Assembly: GCA_035284785.1 (NCBI GenBank)
Contig: JAYKHK010000024.1
Location: forward strand, 2,573 to 66,572
Direction: 5' to 3'
DNA: 64,000 nt
Source: Cyanobacteriota bacterium
Lineage (GTDB): Bacteria > Cyanobacteriota > Cyanobacteriia > PCC-6307 > Cyanobiaceae
In this document: positions 10,863 through 20,479 of the stretch, in pieces
Layout of the letters: each line of letters starts with the position of its first letter
Numbering within the stretch: the first letter of the stretch is position 1
Position numbers and translations under genes: made by a program
The notes under the pieces: generated by a model
The model's input: only the letters and a program-made list of their open reading frames with translations
Databases searched by the model: none
Told to the model about the DNA's origin: nothing

Positions 10863-12158
10863 GTGACCATTAGCTTGTCTCCCACCACCCTCGGTGGGCC
10901 CACGTTTACGGGCCTTCGCTGCAAAGAGTGTGGTCAGCTTTACGACCTGGGGGCCAGGCATGTCTGTGAGGACGTGTGTTTTGGGCCCTTGGAGGTGGTC
11001 TACGACTACGACCTCATCCGCTCCCGCGTCAGTCGAGCCACGATTGAAGCTGGACCCACGTCCATCTGGCGCTATCGGGAGTTTTTGCCTGTTGCTGCCG
11101 ATCCGATCGATGTGGGCACCGGTTTCACCCCTCTGCTGAGGGCCAACCGGCTGGCAAAGGTTTTGGGATTGAAGAGCCTTTACATCAAGAATGATGGCGT
11201 CAATATGCCGACGTTGTCGTTCAAAGACCGGGTGGTGTCCGTGGCTTTAAGCCGTGCCAGAGAGCTCGGATTTACAACTGTCAGCTGCGCGAGCACCGGA
11301 AATCTTGCCAATTCAACGGCTGCGATTGCTGCCCATGCTGGTCTTGATTGCTGTGTGTTTATTCCTTCCGATTTGGAATCTGGCAAGGTGTTGGGCACCT
11401 TGATCTATAACCCCACCTTGATGGCTGTGAAGGGAAACTACGACCAAGTTAATCGCCTCTGCTCTGAAGTGGCTAACACTTATGGTTGGGGATTTGTCAA
11501 TATTAATCTTCGCCCATATTATTCCGAGGGCTCTAAAACACTCGGTTATGAGGTGATTGAGCAATTGGGTTGGCAGCTTCCAGATCACATCATTGCCCCC
11601 CTGGCTTCCGGCTCCCTCTTCACAAAGATCTTCAAGGGATTCAAGGAATTTGTCCAAGTGGGTCTGATTGAAGACAAGCCCGTCCGCTTCAGTGGCGCCC
11701 AAGCTGAGGGATGTTCTCCCATCGCCCAGGCTTTTCAGGAAGGAAGAGATTTCATTAAGCCGGTCAAGCCCCAGACCATCGCTAAGTCGATTGCCATTGG
11801 CAATCCCGCCGATGGCCCCTACGCCATCGACATCGCCCGCCGCACCGGTGGCAGCATTGCCGCGGTGTCAGATGCCGAGATCGTCGAGGGCATCAAGTTG
11901 CTGGCTGAAACGGAGGGTGTGTTTACCGAAACGGCTGGTGGCACCACAATTGCAGTGCTCAAAAAGCTGGCGGAGCAAGGCAAGATTCATCCCGAGGAAA
12001 CCACTGTGGCTTACATCACGGGCAACGGTCTTAAAACCACTGAGGCCGTGGCCGATGTCATCGGCCAGCCCTACACGATCGAAGCCCAGCTGGCGAGTTT
12101 CCGCACAGCCTGGGATCAGGCCCAAGCCGATCAGCCACCGTCCTGCGCGGCAGGCTGA
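10863..12158 (+). CDS. Threonine synthase-like PLP enzyme (possibly O-phosphohomoserine sulfhydrylase)
   Basis: PTLSFKDR (PLP lysine), [16 protein letters not shown]; N-terminal CxxC; adjacent to a sulfur carrier gene. Confidence 0.88.
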   Translation: MTISLSPTTLGGPTFTGLRCKECGQLYDLGARHVCEDVCFGPLEVVYDYDLIRSRVSRATIEAGPTSIWRYREFLPVAADPIDVGTGFTPLLRANRLAKVLGLKSLYIKNDGVNMPTLSFKDRVVSVALSRARELGFTTVSCASTGNLANSTAAIAAHAGLDCCVFIPSDLESGKVLGTLIYNPTLMAVKGNYDQVNRLCSEVANTYGWGFVNINLRPYYSEGSKTLGYEVIEQLGWQLPDHIIAPLASGSLFTKIFKGFKEFVQVGLIEDKPVRFSGAQAEGCSPIAQAFQEGRDFIKPVKPQTIAKSIAIGNPADGPYAIDIARRTGGSIAAVSDAEIVEGIKLLAETEGVFTETAGGTTIAVLKKLAEQGKIHPEETTVAYITGNGLKTTEAVADVIGQPYTIEAQLASFRTAWDQAQADQPPSCAAG

Positions 12159-12207
12159 ACGACCCATCCCGTGGGCGTTTCTCGTTTCTGATTTTCTTCT
12201 TCCATCC

Positions 12208-12483
12208 ATGCCCGTTCAGGTTCTTATTCCCACCCCACTGCAGAAATACACGGGTGAGCAGGCCAGCGTCAGTGTTGAAGCCACCAGTGTGGCCGCACTG
12301 ATTGACACTCTCGAAGCCATGTTTCCTGGAATTCGCCCAAGGCTCTGTGATGAAAAGGGGCAAATTCGCCGCTTTCTGAATTTCTATGTGAACAGTGAAG
12401 ATATTCGTTTCCTCGACAATGAAGCCACTGCGCTTGGCCCTGGCGACGAGGTGAGCATCGTGCCAGCCGTGGCAGGCGGTTGA
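12208..12483 (+). CDS. MoaD/ThiS family sulfur carrier protein
   Basis: [22 protein letters not shown]-terminal PAVAGG. Confidence 0.93.
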   Translation: MPVQVLIPTPLQKYTGEQASVSVEATSVAALIDTLEAMFPGIRPRLCDEKGQIRRFLNFYVNSEDIRFLDNEATALGPGDEVSIVPAVAGG

Positions 12484-12559
12484 ACAACGCCGGTAGCAGC
12501 TGAGTGCGGCAGCAGCTGGCCGTTGGGTCTAGCCTCCAGCGACTCAGATGGGTTAAGGC

Positions 12560-13561
12560 ATGGCCATCTCCCCTTTCCCCCAGGGCCTCTGTCCTGGGGA
12601 TGCCGAGTCCACGCCTGCTGCCAACTGGCAGGACCAGGCCCTGATCTACGACTATCGCCAGGCTGCCAACCCGATCCGACCGGGCCTGACCGACCCCATT
12701 CCTCACCAGAAGTGGCGTGCACCGGCGTGGGAGGGGTCCACCTCTCGGATCGTGCCGTTGGATTTGAGCGCTGCCCTCGGCTGTGACGGCCCCGCAACCA
12801 GCCCCGGCTTGGCGGCTCATTTTCTGCAGGTGTGTCCTGGCGATCCCCTGAGCCCGCAGGCGCTCGCCACGAGTTCATTGTTCTACGTGTGCAGCGGTCG
12901 GGGGAGGTTGGCCTTTCCCGGCCAAAACGACCCTTTGGCCGGGCACCTGGAGTGGGCCGAGGGCGATGTGTTTGTTTTACCCCATGGGCTCTGCCCTGAG
13001 CTGAGTGCTCAACAGCCCAGCCTTCTCTATTGGGTCCATGACGCTCCGTTGCTGCGTTATTTGGGGGTGAGTCCCGTTGGTCCTCGGTTTTCCCCTTGCT
13101 ATTTCAGTGCCGATCGCCTGGATCAGGACCTCAATCAGCTCCTGGCCGATCCCTCGGCTGCGCGCAGCAATCGCTTGAGCGTGTTGCTGGCCCATGCCGA
13201 TCTACCCGCCACACGAACCGTGACCCACACGCTTTGGGCCATGCTCGGCGTCGTGCCCCCCGGGGCTGTGCAGGCTCCCCATCGCCACCAATCCGTGGCT
13301 ATTGATCTCATCGTGGCTTGCTCGCCAGGCTGTTACACGCTGGTGGGCTCCGAGCTTGACGCGGCGGGCGAGATCCGCAACCCCACTCGGATCGATTGGG
13401 AGAGCGGGGGGGTGTTCATCACTCCCCCGGGACAGTGGCATGCCCATGTCAACAACTCTGGTGAGCCCGCCCGGCTGCTGCCGATTCAGGATGCGGGCCT
13501 GCACACCTACTTGAGAAGCCTGGATATCCGATTTTCCGGGGGGTTAACAAGCCGGGATTGA
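12560..13561 (+). CDS. Bicupin protein (gentisate dioxygenase-like)
   Basis: PHRHQSVA and FITPPGQWHAHVN cupin motifs; degenerate N-terminal cupin. Confidence 0.82.
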   Translation: MAISPFPQGLCPGDAESTPAANWQDQALIYDYRQAANPIRPGLTDPIPHQKWRAPAWEGSTSRIVPLDLSAALGCDGPATSPGLAAHFLQVCPGDPLSPQALATSSLFYVCSGRGRLAFPGQNDPLAGHLEWAEGDVFVLPHGLCPELSAQQPSLLYWVHDAPLLRYLGVSPVGPRFSPCYFSADRLDQDLNQLLADPSAARSNRLSVLLAHADLPATRTVTHTLWAMLGVVPPGAVQAPHRHQSVAIDLIVACSPGCYTLVGSELDAAGEIRNPTRIDWESGGVFITPPGQWHAHVNNSGEPARLLPIQDAGLHTYLRSLDIRFSGGLTSRD

Positions 13562-15574
13562 GGTTTCATTTGGAGTGGCATTCAGGAGGGCGTTTGGTAT
13601 GGACGGCACCTCTGGATGCTGCTTCTGCCAGGCTTCCACCTCCTGACGAAAACTGTCGCCATCGATGGTTTCCTCCTGGATGAGCCGCTCCACCAGACGA
13701 TCCATGAGCTCACGCCTGGGCTCCAAGAGCGAGATGGCTGTTGCCAGAGACTGTTTGGCAAGGCTGCGCACCAACGCGTCGATCCTGTTGCCTGTGTCCT
13801 GGGAGTAGTGGGGTTCGGCCCGAATCCAATCCCTACCCAGGAACACCTCTGCCCCATCTCCTTCTAGGGCCACCGGGCCAAGATTGGAGAAGCCATAGCG
13901 GGTGACCATTTCACGGCTGATCCGGCTCACCACTTGCAGATCACTGGAGGCCCCTTGGGTCACCTCGCTGGGACCAAACACCACCAGTTCCGCTGCCCTG
14001 CCCCCCAGGGCCACCACCATTCTGGCCAGCAAGTAGGCCCGGCTGATCAGCCCTGAATCGAGAATGTCCTCATTGGGCATGGTGCGGGCAAATCCCCCAA
14101 CCCCGCCCGCCCTGGGGAGCAGGGTCACCTTGTCCAGCTTGTCGGCGTGGGGCACCAGACAGGAGAGGAGCGCGTGGCCGATCTCGTGATAGGCAATCAG
14201 GCGCTTTTTGGCGCTGTCTTGTAGGGGGGCCGCCGTGAGACCCATGGTGATGCGCTCGAGCGCATCGCTGATGGCTCGATCATCGATGCGGCTTTCCTGG
14301 CGCCGCGCCGTGAGGATGGCGGCTTCGTTGAGCAGGTTGGAGAGATCGGCCCCAGAGAATCCAGGGGTACGGGCCGCCCAGTCCGCCAGGGAGACCGTTT
14401 CGTCGAGAGGTCGCGTTCGCGCGTGCACGGAGAGGATCGCTTCGCGGCCTTTGCGATCGGGAAGGTCGACAACGATCCTGCGGTCGAACCGGCCAGGGCG
14501 CATCAGAGCCGCATCCAAAACATCTGGCCGGTTGGTGGCTGCGAGAAGAATCACGCCCGAGTTGTCTTCGAAGCCATCCATCTCTGTAAGGAGTTGGTTG
14601 AGGGTTTGCTCGCGCTCATCATTCCCCCCGCCAATGCCGGCTCCCCGCTGACGACCAACCGCATCGATTTCATCGATGAAAATGATGCAAGGGGCCTTGG
14701 CTTTTGCCTTGCGAAACAGGTCGCGCACGCGACTGGCCCCGACCCCCACGAAGAGTTCAACAAATTCCGAAGCCGCCATCGAGAAGAAAGGCACGCCGGC
14801 TTCGCCGGCAATGGCTCGTGCCAAAAGGGTTTTGCCGGTGCCTGGAGGCCCCACAAGCAAGACGCCTTTTGGAATCTTGGCGCCGATGGAGGTGAAGCGC
14901 TCTGGAGATTTCAGGAACGTCACGACCTCCTGCAGCTCCTCTTTGGCTTCGGCGATGCCCGCCACATCCTCAAAGCGCACGGACACAGCGCCTTCGGGCT
15001 GCACACGGGGCTGACTGCGGCCAAACCCGAGGGTTTTGTTCGCCACCTGGCTGGACCGGCGAATCAACAGCGCCAGGGCTCCCAGTAGGAGAAACGCCAG
15101 AAGGAGATTGCCAACCAGGCCAGCCATGGCTTCCTCCTGGCGCTCATCCCGCACGGAGAGGGGAACGCGGTGTTGCTCTGCCGTGCGCAACAAATACTGA
15201 TTGTCGTTGAACAGGGCCACCTCGGCCGTGCGGCCGTTTTTGTAGGTGACGGTGGCCACCCGCTGCCGGGGTGAAAGGAGGATCTCCCGCACTGCCCCCC
15301 CCCTCATGTCATTGAGAAGCTGGCTGTAGGAGGGAGGGGTGGGGCGCATTCCCCTCAGGCTGAAACCCTCCGCCGGGGCGGGACTGGCGTTGGTGGAGCC
15401 TGGCTTGCTGCCTTCCTGGGCTGGCACGGGGGGTTGCGCTTTGGCCCTAGGAGGGGCTCCAGGCGTGGGCGACCCAGCTTTGTTGGGCTCCTCAAGGCGT
15501 TGGGCAAGGGGAGCGCTCGCCAGGAGCCAGGGTGCTGGAATCAAGGCCCGTAGGGGGGGTGGCGGACGATCCAC
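13544..15574 (-). CDS. ftsH: ATP-dependent zinc metalloprotease FtsH
   Basis: [29 protein letters not shown]; start uncertain. Confidence 0.96.
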   Translation of the reverse strand: MDRPPPPLRALIPAPWLLASAPLAQRLEEPNKAGSPTPGAPPRAKAQPPVPAQEGSKPGSTNASPAPAEGFSLRGMRPTPPSYSQLLNDMRGGAVREILLSPRQRVATVTYKNGRTAEVALFNDNQYLLRTAEQHRVPLSVRDERQEEAMAGLVGNLLLAFLLLGALALLIRRSSQVANKTLGFGRSQPRVQPEGAVSVRFEDVAGIAEAKEELQEVVTFLKSPERFTSIGAKIPKGVLLVGPPGTGKTLLARAIAGEAGVPFFSMAASEFVELFVGVGASRVRDLFRKAKAKAPCIIFIDEIDAVGRQRGAGIGGGNDEREQTLNQLLTEMDGFEDNSGVILLAATNRPDVLDAALMRPGRFDRRIVVDLPDRKGREAILSVHARTRPLDETVSLADWAARTPGFSGADLSNLLNEAAILTARRQESRIDDRAISDALERITMGLTAAPLQDSAKKRLIAYHEIGHALLSCLVPHADKLDKVTLLPRAGGVGGFARTMPNEDILDSGLISRAYLLARMVVALGGRAAELVVFGPSEVTQGASSDLQVVSRISREMVTRYGFSNLGPVALEGDGAEVFLGRDWIRAEPHYSQDTGNRIDALVRSLAKQSLATAISLLEPRRELMDRLVERLIQEETIDGDSFRQEVEAWQKQHPEVPSIPNALLNATPNETSIPAC

Positions 15575-15661
15575 TGCGCAAGTCGTGTGAGGTTGATGCT
15601 AGCGATTTGACGGAAGGCCGCTTGGCAAAGGAAGATCAGCGTTTGGCAAGGCGCTGGAGCC

Positions 15662-15838
15662 ATGGCTGTTCCGAAGAAGAAAACATCGAAAGGCAAGCGC
15701 AACCAGCGCCACGCCCGCTGGAAGGCCAAGGCTGGCGATGCGGCCCAAAAGGCTTTGTCCATCGGCAAGGCCGTCCTCAGTGGGAAGGCCCGAGGATTCG
15801 AATATCCCGTCCCTGCAACGGAGGACGAGGAGGCCTGA
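15662..15838 (+). CDS. rpmF: 50S ribosomal protein L32
   Basis: Hand translation [24 protein letters not shown]... (58 aa, missing from ORF track). Confidence 0.95.
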   Translation: MAVPKKKTSKGKRNQRHARWKAKAGDAAQKALSIGKAVLSGKARGFEYPVPATEDEEA

Positions 15839-15877
15839 TCCTCCGTCTCTCGGCCCGCTGTTTCCCCTCAGGCCGCC

Positions 15878-16222
15878 TCAGCTCCCCAGCTTGAAGGCCT
15901 CCAGCACCAAGGCAAACACCACGCCAATCCTCAGGTTGTCGGCGATCACCCAGCCCAGGGAGGGGAGGTCTGGAATTGCGCGTGTGCGGATTCTCACCAC
16001 AACCTCATGGGTGATCACCATCCCCAACACCACGATGGGGCGGCCTCCAGTGACCTTCCACAGGAGCACGGAAGAGAGATTTTCTCCCAAAAAAATTCCG
16101 CCGAGCAGGGCCAGAAAGGCAGCGCTGGCCGTCGCCCAGCGCCTCCCAATCTGGGCAACGATCACCTGCCCCCAGCGTTGTTGAACCTGTTCAAGCCGCG
16201 TCTGTTGCAGGGGGCCGCTCAT
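15878..16222 (-). CDS. ycf20: DUF565/Ycf20 family protein
   Basis: LQQTRL N-terminus and LEAFKLGS C-terminus. Confidence 0.9.
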   Translation of the reverse strand: MSGPLQQTRLEQVQQRWGQVIVAQIGRRWATASAAFLALLGGIFLGENLSSVLLWKVTGGRPIVVLGMVITHEVVVRIRTRAIPDLPSLGWVIADNLRIGVVFALVLEAFKLGS

Positions 16223-16974
16223 GCTTCCTCCAGGAGTCTGGACAGCCAGGAGAGCGTCACCTCGGCTTGCTCACAAGGGGGGCCGTGCACCACTTGGGTT
16301 GGATTCTCTTTCTCCCCCAAATGGGTGAGCGAGGCTGTCGCTCGCTGCCACCATCGCGGCTCGCTGGAACCGGGCGGTTCGCCAAGGGTGAGCACACAAG
16401 GCAACCCTGCATCCATGGCGGCAGCCAGGCCCTGGGGGGAATCTTCCAAGGCCAGGACCTGGCTGGCGGGCAGTTGCAGCCGACGCAGCGCTTGCTCATA
16501 CCCCTCAGGGTTGGGTTTTTTCGCCTCCACATCCTCGCCACAGATCCAAAAGTCAAAGCATTGGGCCAGCTCAGAACCATGGCCCTCCAGCAAGGCGGCC
16601 ACGGCGGATCGGGAACTCGTGGTGACAAGGGCCTGGCAGACGCCCTGGGCGGCCGCCTCCAGAACCAGGCGTTTCACCCCTGGCTGCAGGGGGAGGCATC
16701 CCGTGCGAGCCAGGTGCGCATAGGCCTTTTGCTTGGCGGCCATCAGGGATTCCACCTGCACGGCGGAGATGGAGGGCTCAGGCAGTTGTTCGACAAAGGC
16801 GCGGATGCGCTCCCGGCCTCCGCTCACCGCCAGCAGCTGGCGATAGGTGCGCTCATCCCATCGCCAGGGCAGATCCGCATCGGCAAAGGCCTGGTTGAAG
16901 GCGAGGCGGTGCCCATGAAATTCGGTTTCAGCGAGGGTGCCATCCACGTCCCATAGCAGCGCGTTCAATTCCAC
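16219..16974 (-). CDS. HAD-IA hydrolase (CbbY-like)
   Basis: WDVDGTLAETE, GHRLAFN, KKPNP, LEDSPQGL; start estimated. Confidence 0.9.
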   Translation of the reverse strand: MELNALLWDVDGTLAETEFHGHRLAFNQAFADADLPWRWDERTYRQLLAVSGGRERIRAFVEQLPEPSISAVQVESLMAAKQKAYAHLARTGCLPLQPGVKRLVLEAAAQGVCQALVTTSSRSAVAALLEGHGSELAQCFDFWICGEDVEAKKPNPEGYEQALRRLQLPASQVLALEDSPQGLAAAMDAGLPCVLTLGEPPGSSEPRWWQRATASLTHLGEKENPTQVVHGPPCEQAEVTLSWLSRLLEEA

Positions 16975-17134
16975 AGGTGAGGTGCCAAAACGATCACTGA
17001 GAGCCGTTGCCTCCCAGGTTTGCCACCAATGTTGATCGAAAGCCCTCTCGCCTTGGAGAGGGAGCTGTTTCAGGGGATGCGCACGCGCCATGGCCCCCCC
17101 ACAATGACGAAATCTTGTCGCACCCCGCGCCGCC

Positions 17135-19033
17135 GTGCCCCTCACTGCCTGGAGGCTTCCCTCGCCTCTGCCAACACGGGACGACGGCGAGGAGCACCTC
17201 CTTGACTTGCCTCCAGAGCTTTGGGCCGTCATGGCTCGACGGGGTCTGGCGGATCCAGCAGCTCTCGCCAGCCTGCTTGATCCGCCGGAGCCCCCTGATC
17301 CCTTCAGTCATTTCCCCGATCTGGAGAAAGCGGTTGCCCGTCTCGCGCAAGCCGCTCAGCTTGGAGAAGACGTGGCGATTTGCGGGGACTACGACGCCGA
17401 TGGCATGACCAGCACCGCCCTGCTGACGGGCCTTTTGGAGAGGCTGGGCGGCCATCCCCAGCCCGCCATTCCCAGCCGGCAGGAGGAGGGCTATGGCTTG
17501 AATCGCTCCATGGTGGAGCGCCTCGCCGCTGAGGGCATCAGCCTTCTGATCACCGTCGACAACGGCGTGAGTGCCCATGAAGCCCTCGAGCGGGCTGCCA
17601 CCCTGGGGCTGGACGTGATCCTTACCGATCACCACACCCTTCCTGAAGTCCCTCCCCGCTGCCTGGCGCTTCTCCATCCATCCGTCACACCTTCTGGATC
17701 CCCCTACCGGGGTTTGGCCGGGGTGGGCCTGGCCTATGTCTTGGCCATGGCGCTGGCCCAACGGATGGCCAGCCAGGAGGGACTGGAGGTGGCCCTGGAG
17801 CTGTTTTGCATCGGCACGATCGCCGATATGGCTCCGCTGCATGGTGTGAATCGCCGCTGGTTGCGCCAGGGTTTGCCGCGCTTGTCGCGTCCGCGCTTGG
17901 CCGGCTTGCGGGCTCTGATCCAGCTGGCTGGGTTGGAGGATGCCCCTGTCGATGCCGAAGCGGTGGGCTTTCAGCTCGCTCCTCGCATCAATGCGGTGGG
18001 CAGGCTCGGTGATCCCCTGCTGGTTGTGGAGCTGCTCACCACCCGCGATCGAGATCGGGCCCTGGAGCTGGCCCGCCAGTGTGATGCCTTGAATCGGGAG
18101 CGACGCGAGCTTTGTCAAGCTCTGGAAGCGGAGGCTTTGGCCCTGTTGGAGTCTGATGGGCCGCGCTGCCCGGCTTTTGTGGTGTTGGCGCAGTCCCATT
18201 GGCACCATGGGGTCATCGGAATCGTTGCCGCCCGCCTGGTGGAGCGCTTGGGTCGTCCTGTGGCGCTGCTTGGGGGGGAGGGGAATGGGCGCCTTCGGGC
18301 TTCCGTCAGGGCCCCGCGGGGGTTTGCGGTGGATCAGGCCCTGGCCGCCTGCGCCCCTCTGCTGGAACGCTTCGGCGGCCATGCCGCGGCCGGCGGTTTC
18401 ACGGTGGCAGCGACCAATCTCGCCGAGCTCCAGGAGCGTTTGGAAGACCTGGCAGAGGTTTGGCTCGCTGGCCATCCGGAGGGCGTGATGGTGGAACCGG
18501 AGGCGCTTCTGCGGCTGGAGAGGATCGACGGAGCGTTTTGGCAGGCGCTGCAGAAGCTTGGTCCGTTTGGCGTGGCCCACCCGATGCCCGTGTTTTGGAG
18601 CGTCGGTTGTCGGGTGGAGCAGCAAAAAATTCTGCGAGGAGGCCATCTCCAGCTCACCCTCAGCCAGGGGGAGGCCAAGATTCAGGCCATGGCCTGGCGC
18701 TGGGAGGGAGCGGAAACCATCCCTGCCCTGGTGGATGTGGCCTACCGGCTTCGGCAGGATGCCTGGCAAGGTCGGCAGCGTCTGCTTGTTGATCTGTTGG
18801 CTCTCCGGCCAAGCCCTCAGGGAGAGGAGGGAGTGGTTCTCCTGAGGGGAGACCGTCCCTACCGATGCGTCCTGAGGGAGCAGGAGTTGGTGATCAGCAA
18901 TGCCGCCGGCCAAGAGATCTGCTCCCCGCTGATGTGGGAAGGCTCCCAGGCCCACCCCCAGATCAATGGAGAGCACCCCTACGTGCGTGCCCTGCTGCTG
19001 GAGGCCGTGATGGCCCTGGGCCTCGGGGGGTGA
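17135..19033 (+). CDS. recJ: ssDNA-specific exonuclease RecJ
   Basis: GDYDADG, ITVDNG, TDHH, APRINAVGR, FGGHAAAGG. Confidence 0.96.
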   Translation: MPLTAWRLPSPLPTRDDGEEHLLDLPPELWAVMARRGLADPAALASLLDPPEPPDPFSHFPDLEKAVARLAQAAQLGEDVAICGDYDADGMTSTALLTGLLERLGGHPQPAIPSRQEEGYGLNRSMVERLAAEGISLLITVDNGVSAHEALERAATLGLDVILTDHHTLPEVPPRCLALLHPSVTPSGSPYRGLAGVGLAYVLAMALAQRMASQEGLEVALELFCIGTIADMAPLHGVNRRWLRQGLPRLSRPRLAGLRALIQLAGLEDAPVDAEAVGFQLAPRINAVGRLGDPLLVVELLTTRDRDRALELARQCDALNRERRELCQALEAEALALLESDGPRCPAFVVLAQSHWHHGVIGIVAARLVERLGRPVALLGGEGNGRLRASVRAPRGFAVDQALAACAPLLERFGGHAAAGGFTVAATNLAELQERLEDLAEVWLAGHPEGVMVEPEALLRLERIDGAFWQALQKLGPFGVAHPMPVFWSVGCRVEQQKILRGGHLQLTLSQGEAKIQAMAWRWEGAETIPALVDVAYRLRQDAWQGRQRLLVDLLALRPSPQGEEGVVLLRGDRPYRCVLREQELVISNAAGQEICSPLMWEGSQAHPQINGEHPYVRALLLEAVMALGLGG

Positions 19034-19040
19034 GAGGGGC

Positions 19041-19148
19041 TTAGAGGGCGCCGCGGCGGTAGAAGAGGATGAAGATCACGGCGGGCCCTGCCAGGGTGAT
19101 CAGCGCCAGGGCTGCGAAGTTGGCAATCAGGTGAATGTCGATGCCCAT
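19041..19148 (-). CDS. psb30: Photosystem II protein Psb30 (Ycf12)
   Basis: [35 protein letters not shown]. Confidence 0.92.
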   Translation of the reverse strand: MGIDIHLIANFAALALITLAGPAVIFILFYRRGAL

Positions 19149-19289
19149 GCTTGTGATCTCGCAGGCGGATGGCGTGAAGCTGAGAGCGTAGGGCCTGCTT
19201 GGCCCTCGCTGCCTCAGACTGGGCTGCACTGTGATGCCTTGTCACAGCCTCATGGCGCGCCTGCGTAGAGCCCTCCTGTGGAGAGAGAG

Positions 19290-19649
19290 ATGAGCGAGTT
19301 CCCCCTGCGTTGGCGATGCATCCAGGGCTGTGGCGCCTGTTGTCGGCTCGACCCTGATCTGAGGCCCGAAGCCCTGGAGATGCTCGACGATGCGCAACGC
19401 CAGACCTACCTGGCGATGGTGGGTGAAGACGGCTGGTGCATCCACTACGACACCGGTGGTCAACGCTGCCGCATCTACGCAAGCCGCCCTGACTTCTGTC
19501 GGGTGAGCACCATCTTGACGATGCTCAATGCCCATGGCGAAGCGGCCGATCGGCTGGCGATCTCCTTCTGCCGCCAGCAAATCCGCAGCGAGACCGGTGG
19601 CCGTGGCAAGGTGATGCGGCGCTTTCTTCGAGCGCTGCGCCAGCCATGA
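19290..19649 (+). CDS. YkgJ family cysteine cluster protein
   Basis: CIQGCGACC...GWCIHYD...CRIYASRPDFCR. Confidence 0.88.
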   Translation: MSEFPLRWRCIQGCGACCRLDPDLRPEALEMLDDAQRQTYLAMVGEDGWCIHYDTGGQRCRIYASRPDFCRVSTILTMLNAHGEAADRLAISFCRQQIRSETGGRGKVMRRFLRALRQP

Positions 19650-20035
19650 CCACCCCTGACCCCCCACCCCAATCCTCCTCAGCCCCTCCAGCCGGCCCAT
19701 CCGCCAGCCCTTCGGCGGATGGGGCCTCCGGCTGGCTGAAGGTGTTTTTCAGTACCGCCGGCACGGTGTTTCTCGCCGAGCTTGGCGACAAGACCCAGCT
19801 GGCGGCCCTTTTGCTGGCGGCCGAATCGGGTCGCCCCGTGGTGGTGTTTCTCGGGGCGTCCCTGGCTTTGATTTGCTCCAGCCTGGTCGGGGTTCTCCTG
19901 GGCCGCTGGTTGTCCTCCGTGATGGCACCGCAGCAACTGGAGCGCGCGGCGGGGTTGTTGATGGTGGGCCTCGGCCTCTGGCTCGGCCGACAGGCCGTGC
20001 TCCACCTGGCGCCCCCATCGGCGCCTCTCCTCTGA
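19646..20035 (+). CDS. UPF0016/GDT1 family half transporter
   Basis: VFLAELGDKTQLA motif, about 3 TM segments. Confidence 0.9.
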   Translation: MTTPDPPPQSSSAPPAGPSASPSADGASGWLKVFFSTAGTVFLAELGDKTQLAALLLAAESGRPVVVFLGASLALICSSLVGVLLGRWLSSVMAPQQLERAAGLLMVGLGLWLGRQAVLHLAPPSAPLL

Positions 20036-20047
20036 AGAGCTTCCTCC

Positions 20048-20374
20048 ATGCTCGCCCTGCTCGCTTCCACCTTCGCCACCGTTTTTCTTGCCGAGCTGGG
20101 GGACAAAACCCAGCTCGCCATCGTCAGCATCAGTGGCACCTCCAGCCGTCCTGGTGCCGTTTTTGCCGGAAGTGCTCTGGCCCTGGTGTTGGCCAGCCTT
20201 TTGGGATCGGCGGCGGGGGGAACGCTCACCAGCGTGATCCCCACAGATTGGCTGCAGCTGGCGGCTGCAGCTGGCTTTTTATTGCTTGGCTTGCGACTGA
20301 TTTTGCGCTCTCGTCAGCTTGACGAACAGGCTCCTGTTGCAGCGAAAGCAGAGGAGGTTCCTCCGAGTTCCTAA
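20048..20374 (+). CDS. UPF0016/GDT1 family half transporter
   Basis: Second VFLAELGDKTQLA motif; partner of the preceding half. Confidence 0.9.
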   Translation: MLALLASTFATVFLAELGDKTQLAIVSISGTSSRPGAVFAGSALALVLASLLGSAAGGTLTSVIPTDWLQLAAAAGFLLLGLRLILRSRQLDEQAPVAAKAEEVPPSS

Positions 20375-20479
20375 AGTCCCCATCAAGTCCTGGCCGGTTG
20401 CGTTTTCTCTCCCCGGGGCTTGCCTCTGCGGCAGCTGAGTCCCGCGCTCCCCACGCCCAGACCCCTCCCGTATCCCTTG

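Noticed and set aside
11668-12207. Apparent 180-aa N-terminal extension of the MoaD protein
   Set aside because: Overlaps the thrC-like gene out of frame; the real start is ATG 12208
16994-18976. 660-aa minus-strand ORF
   Set aside because: Antisense shadow of recJ, expected in high-GC DNA; no motifs
19229-19247. CTGTGA-N7-TCACAG palindrome between psb30 and ykgJ
   Set aside because: Spacer is 7 nt, not the 6 required for CRP; no other support
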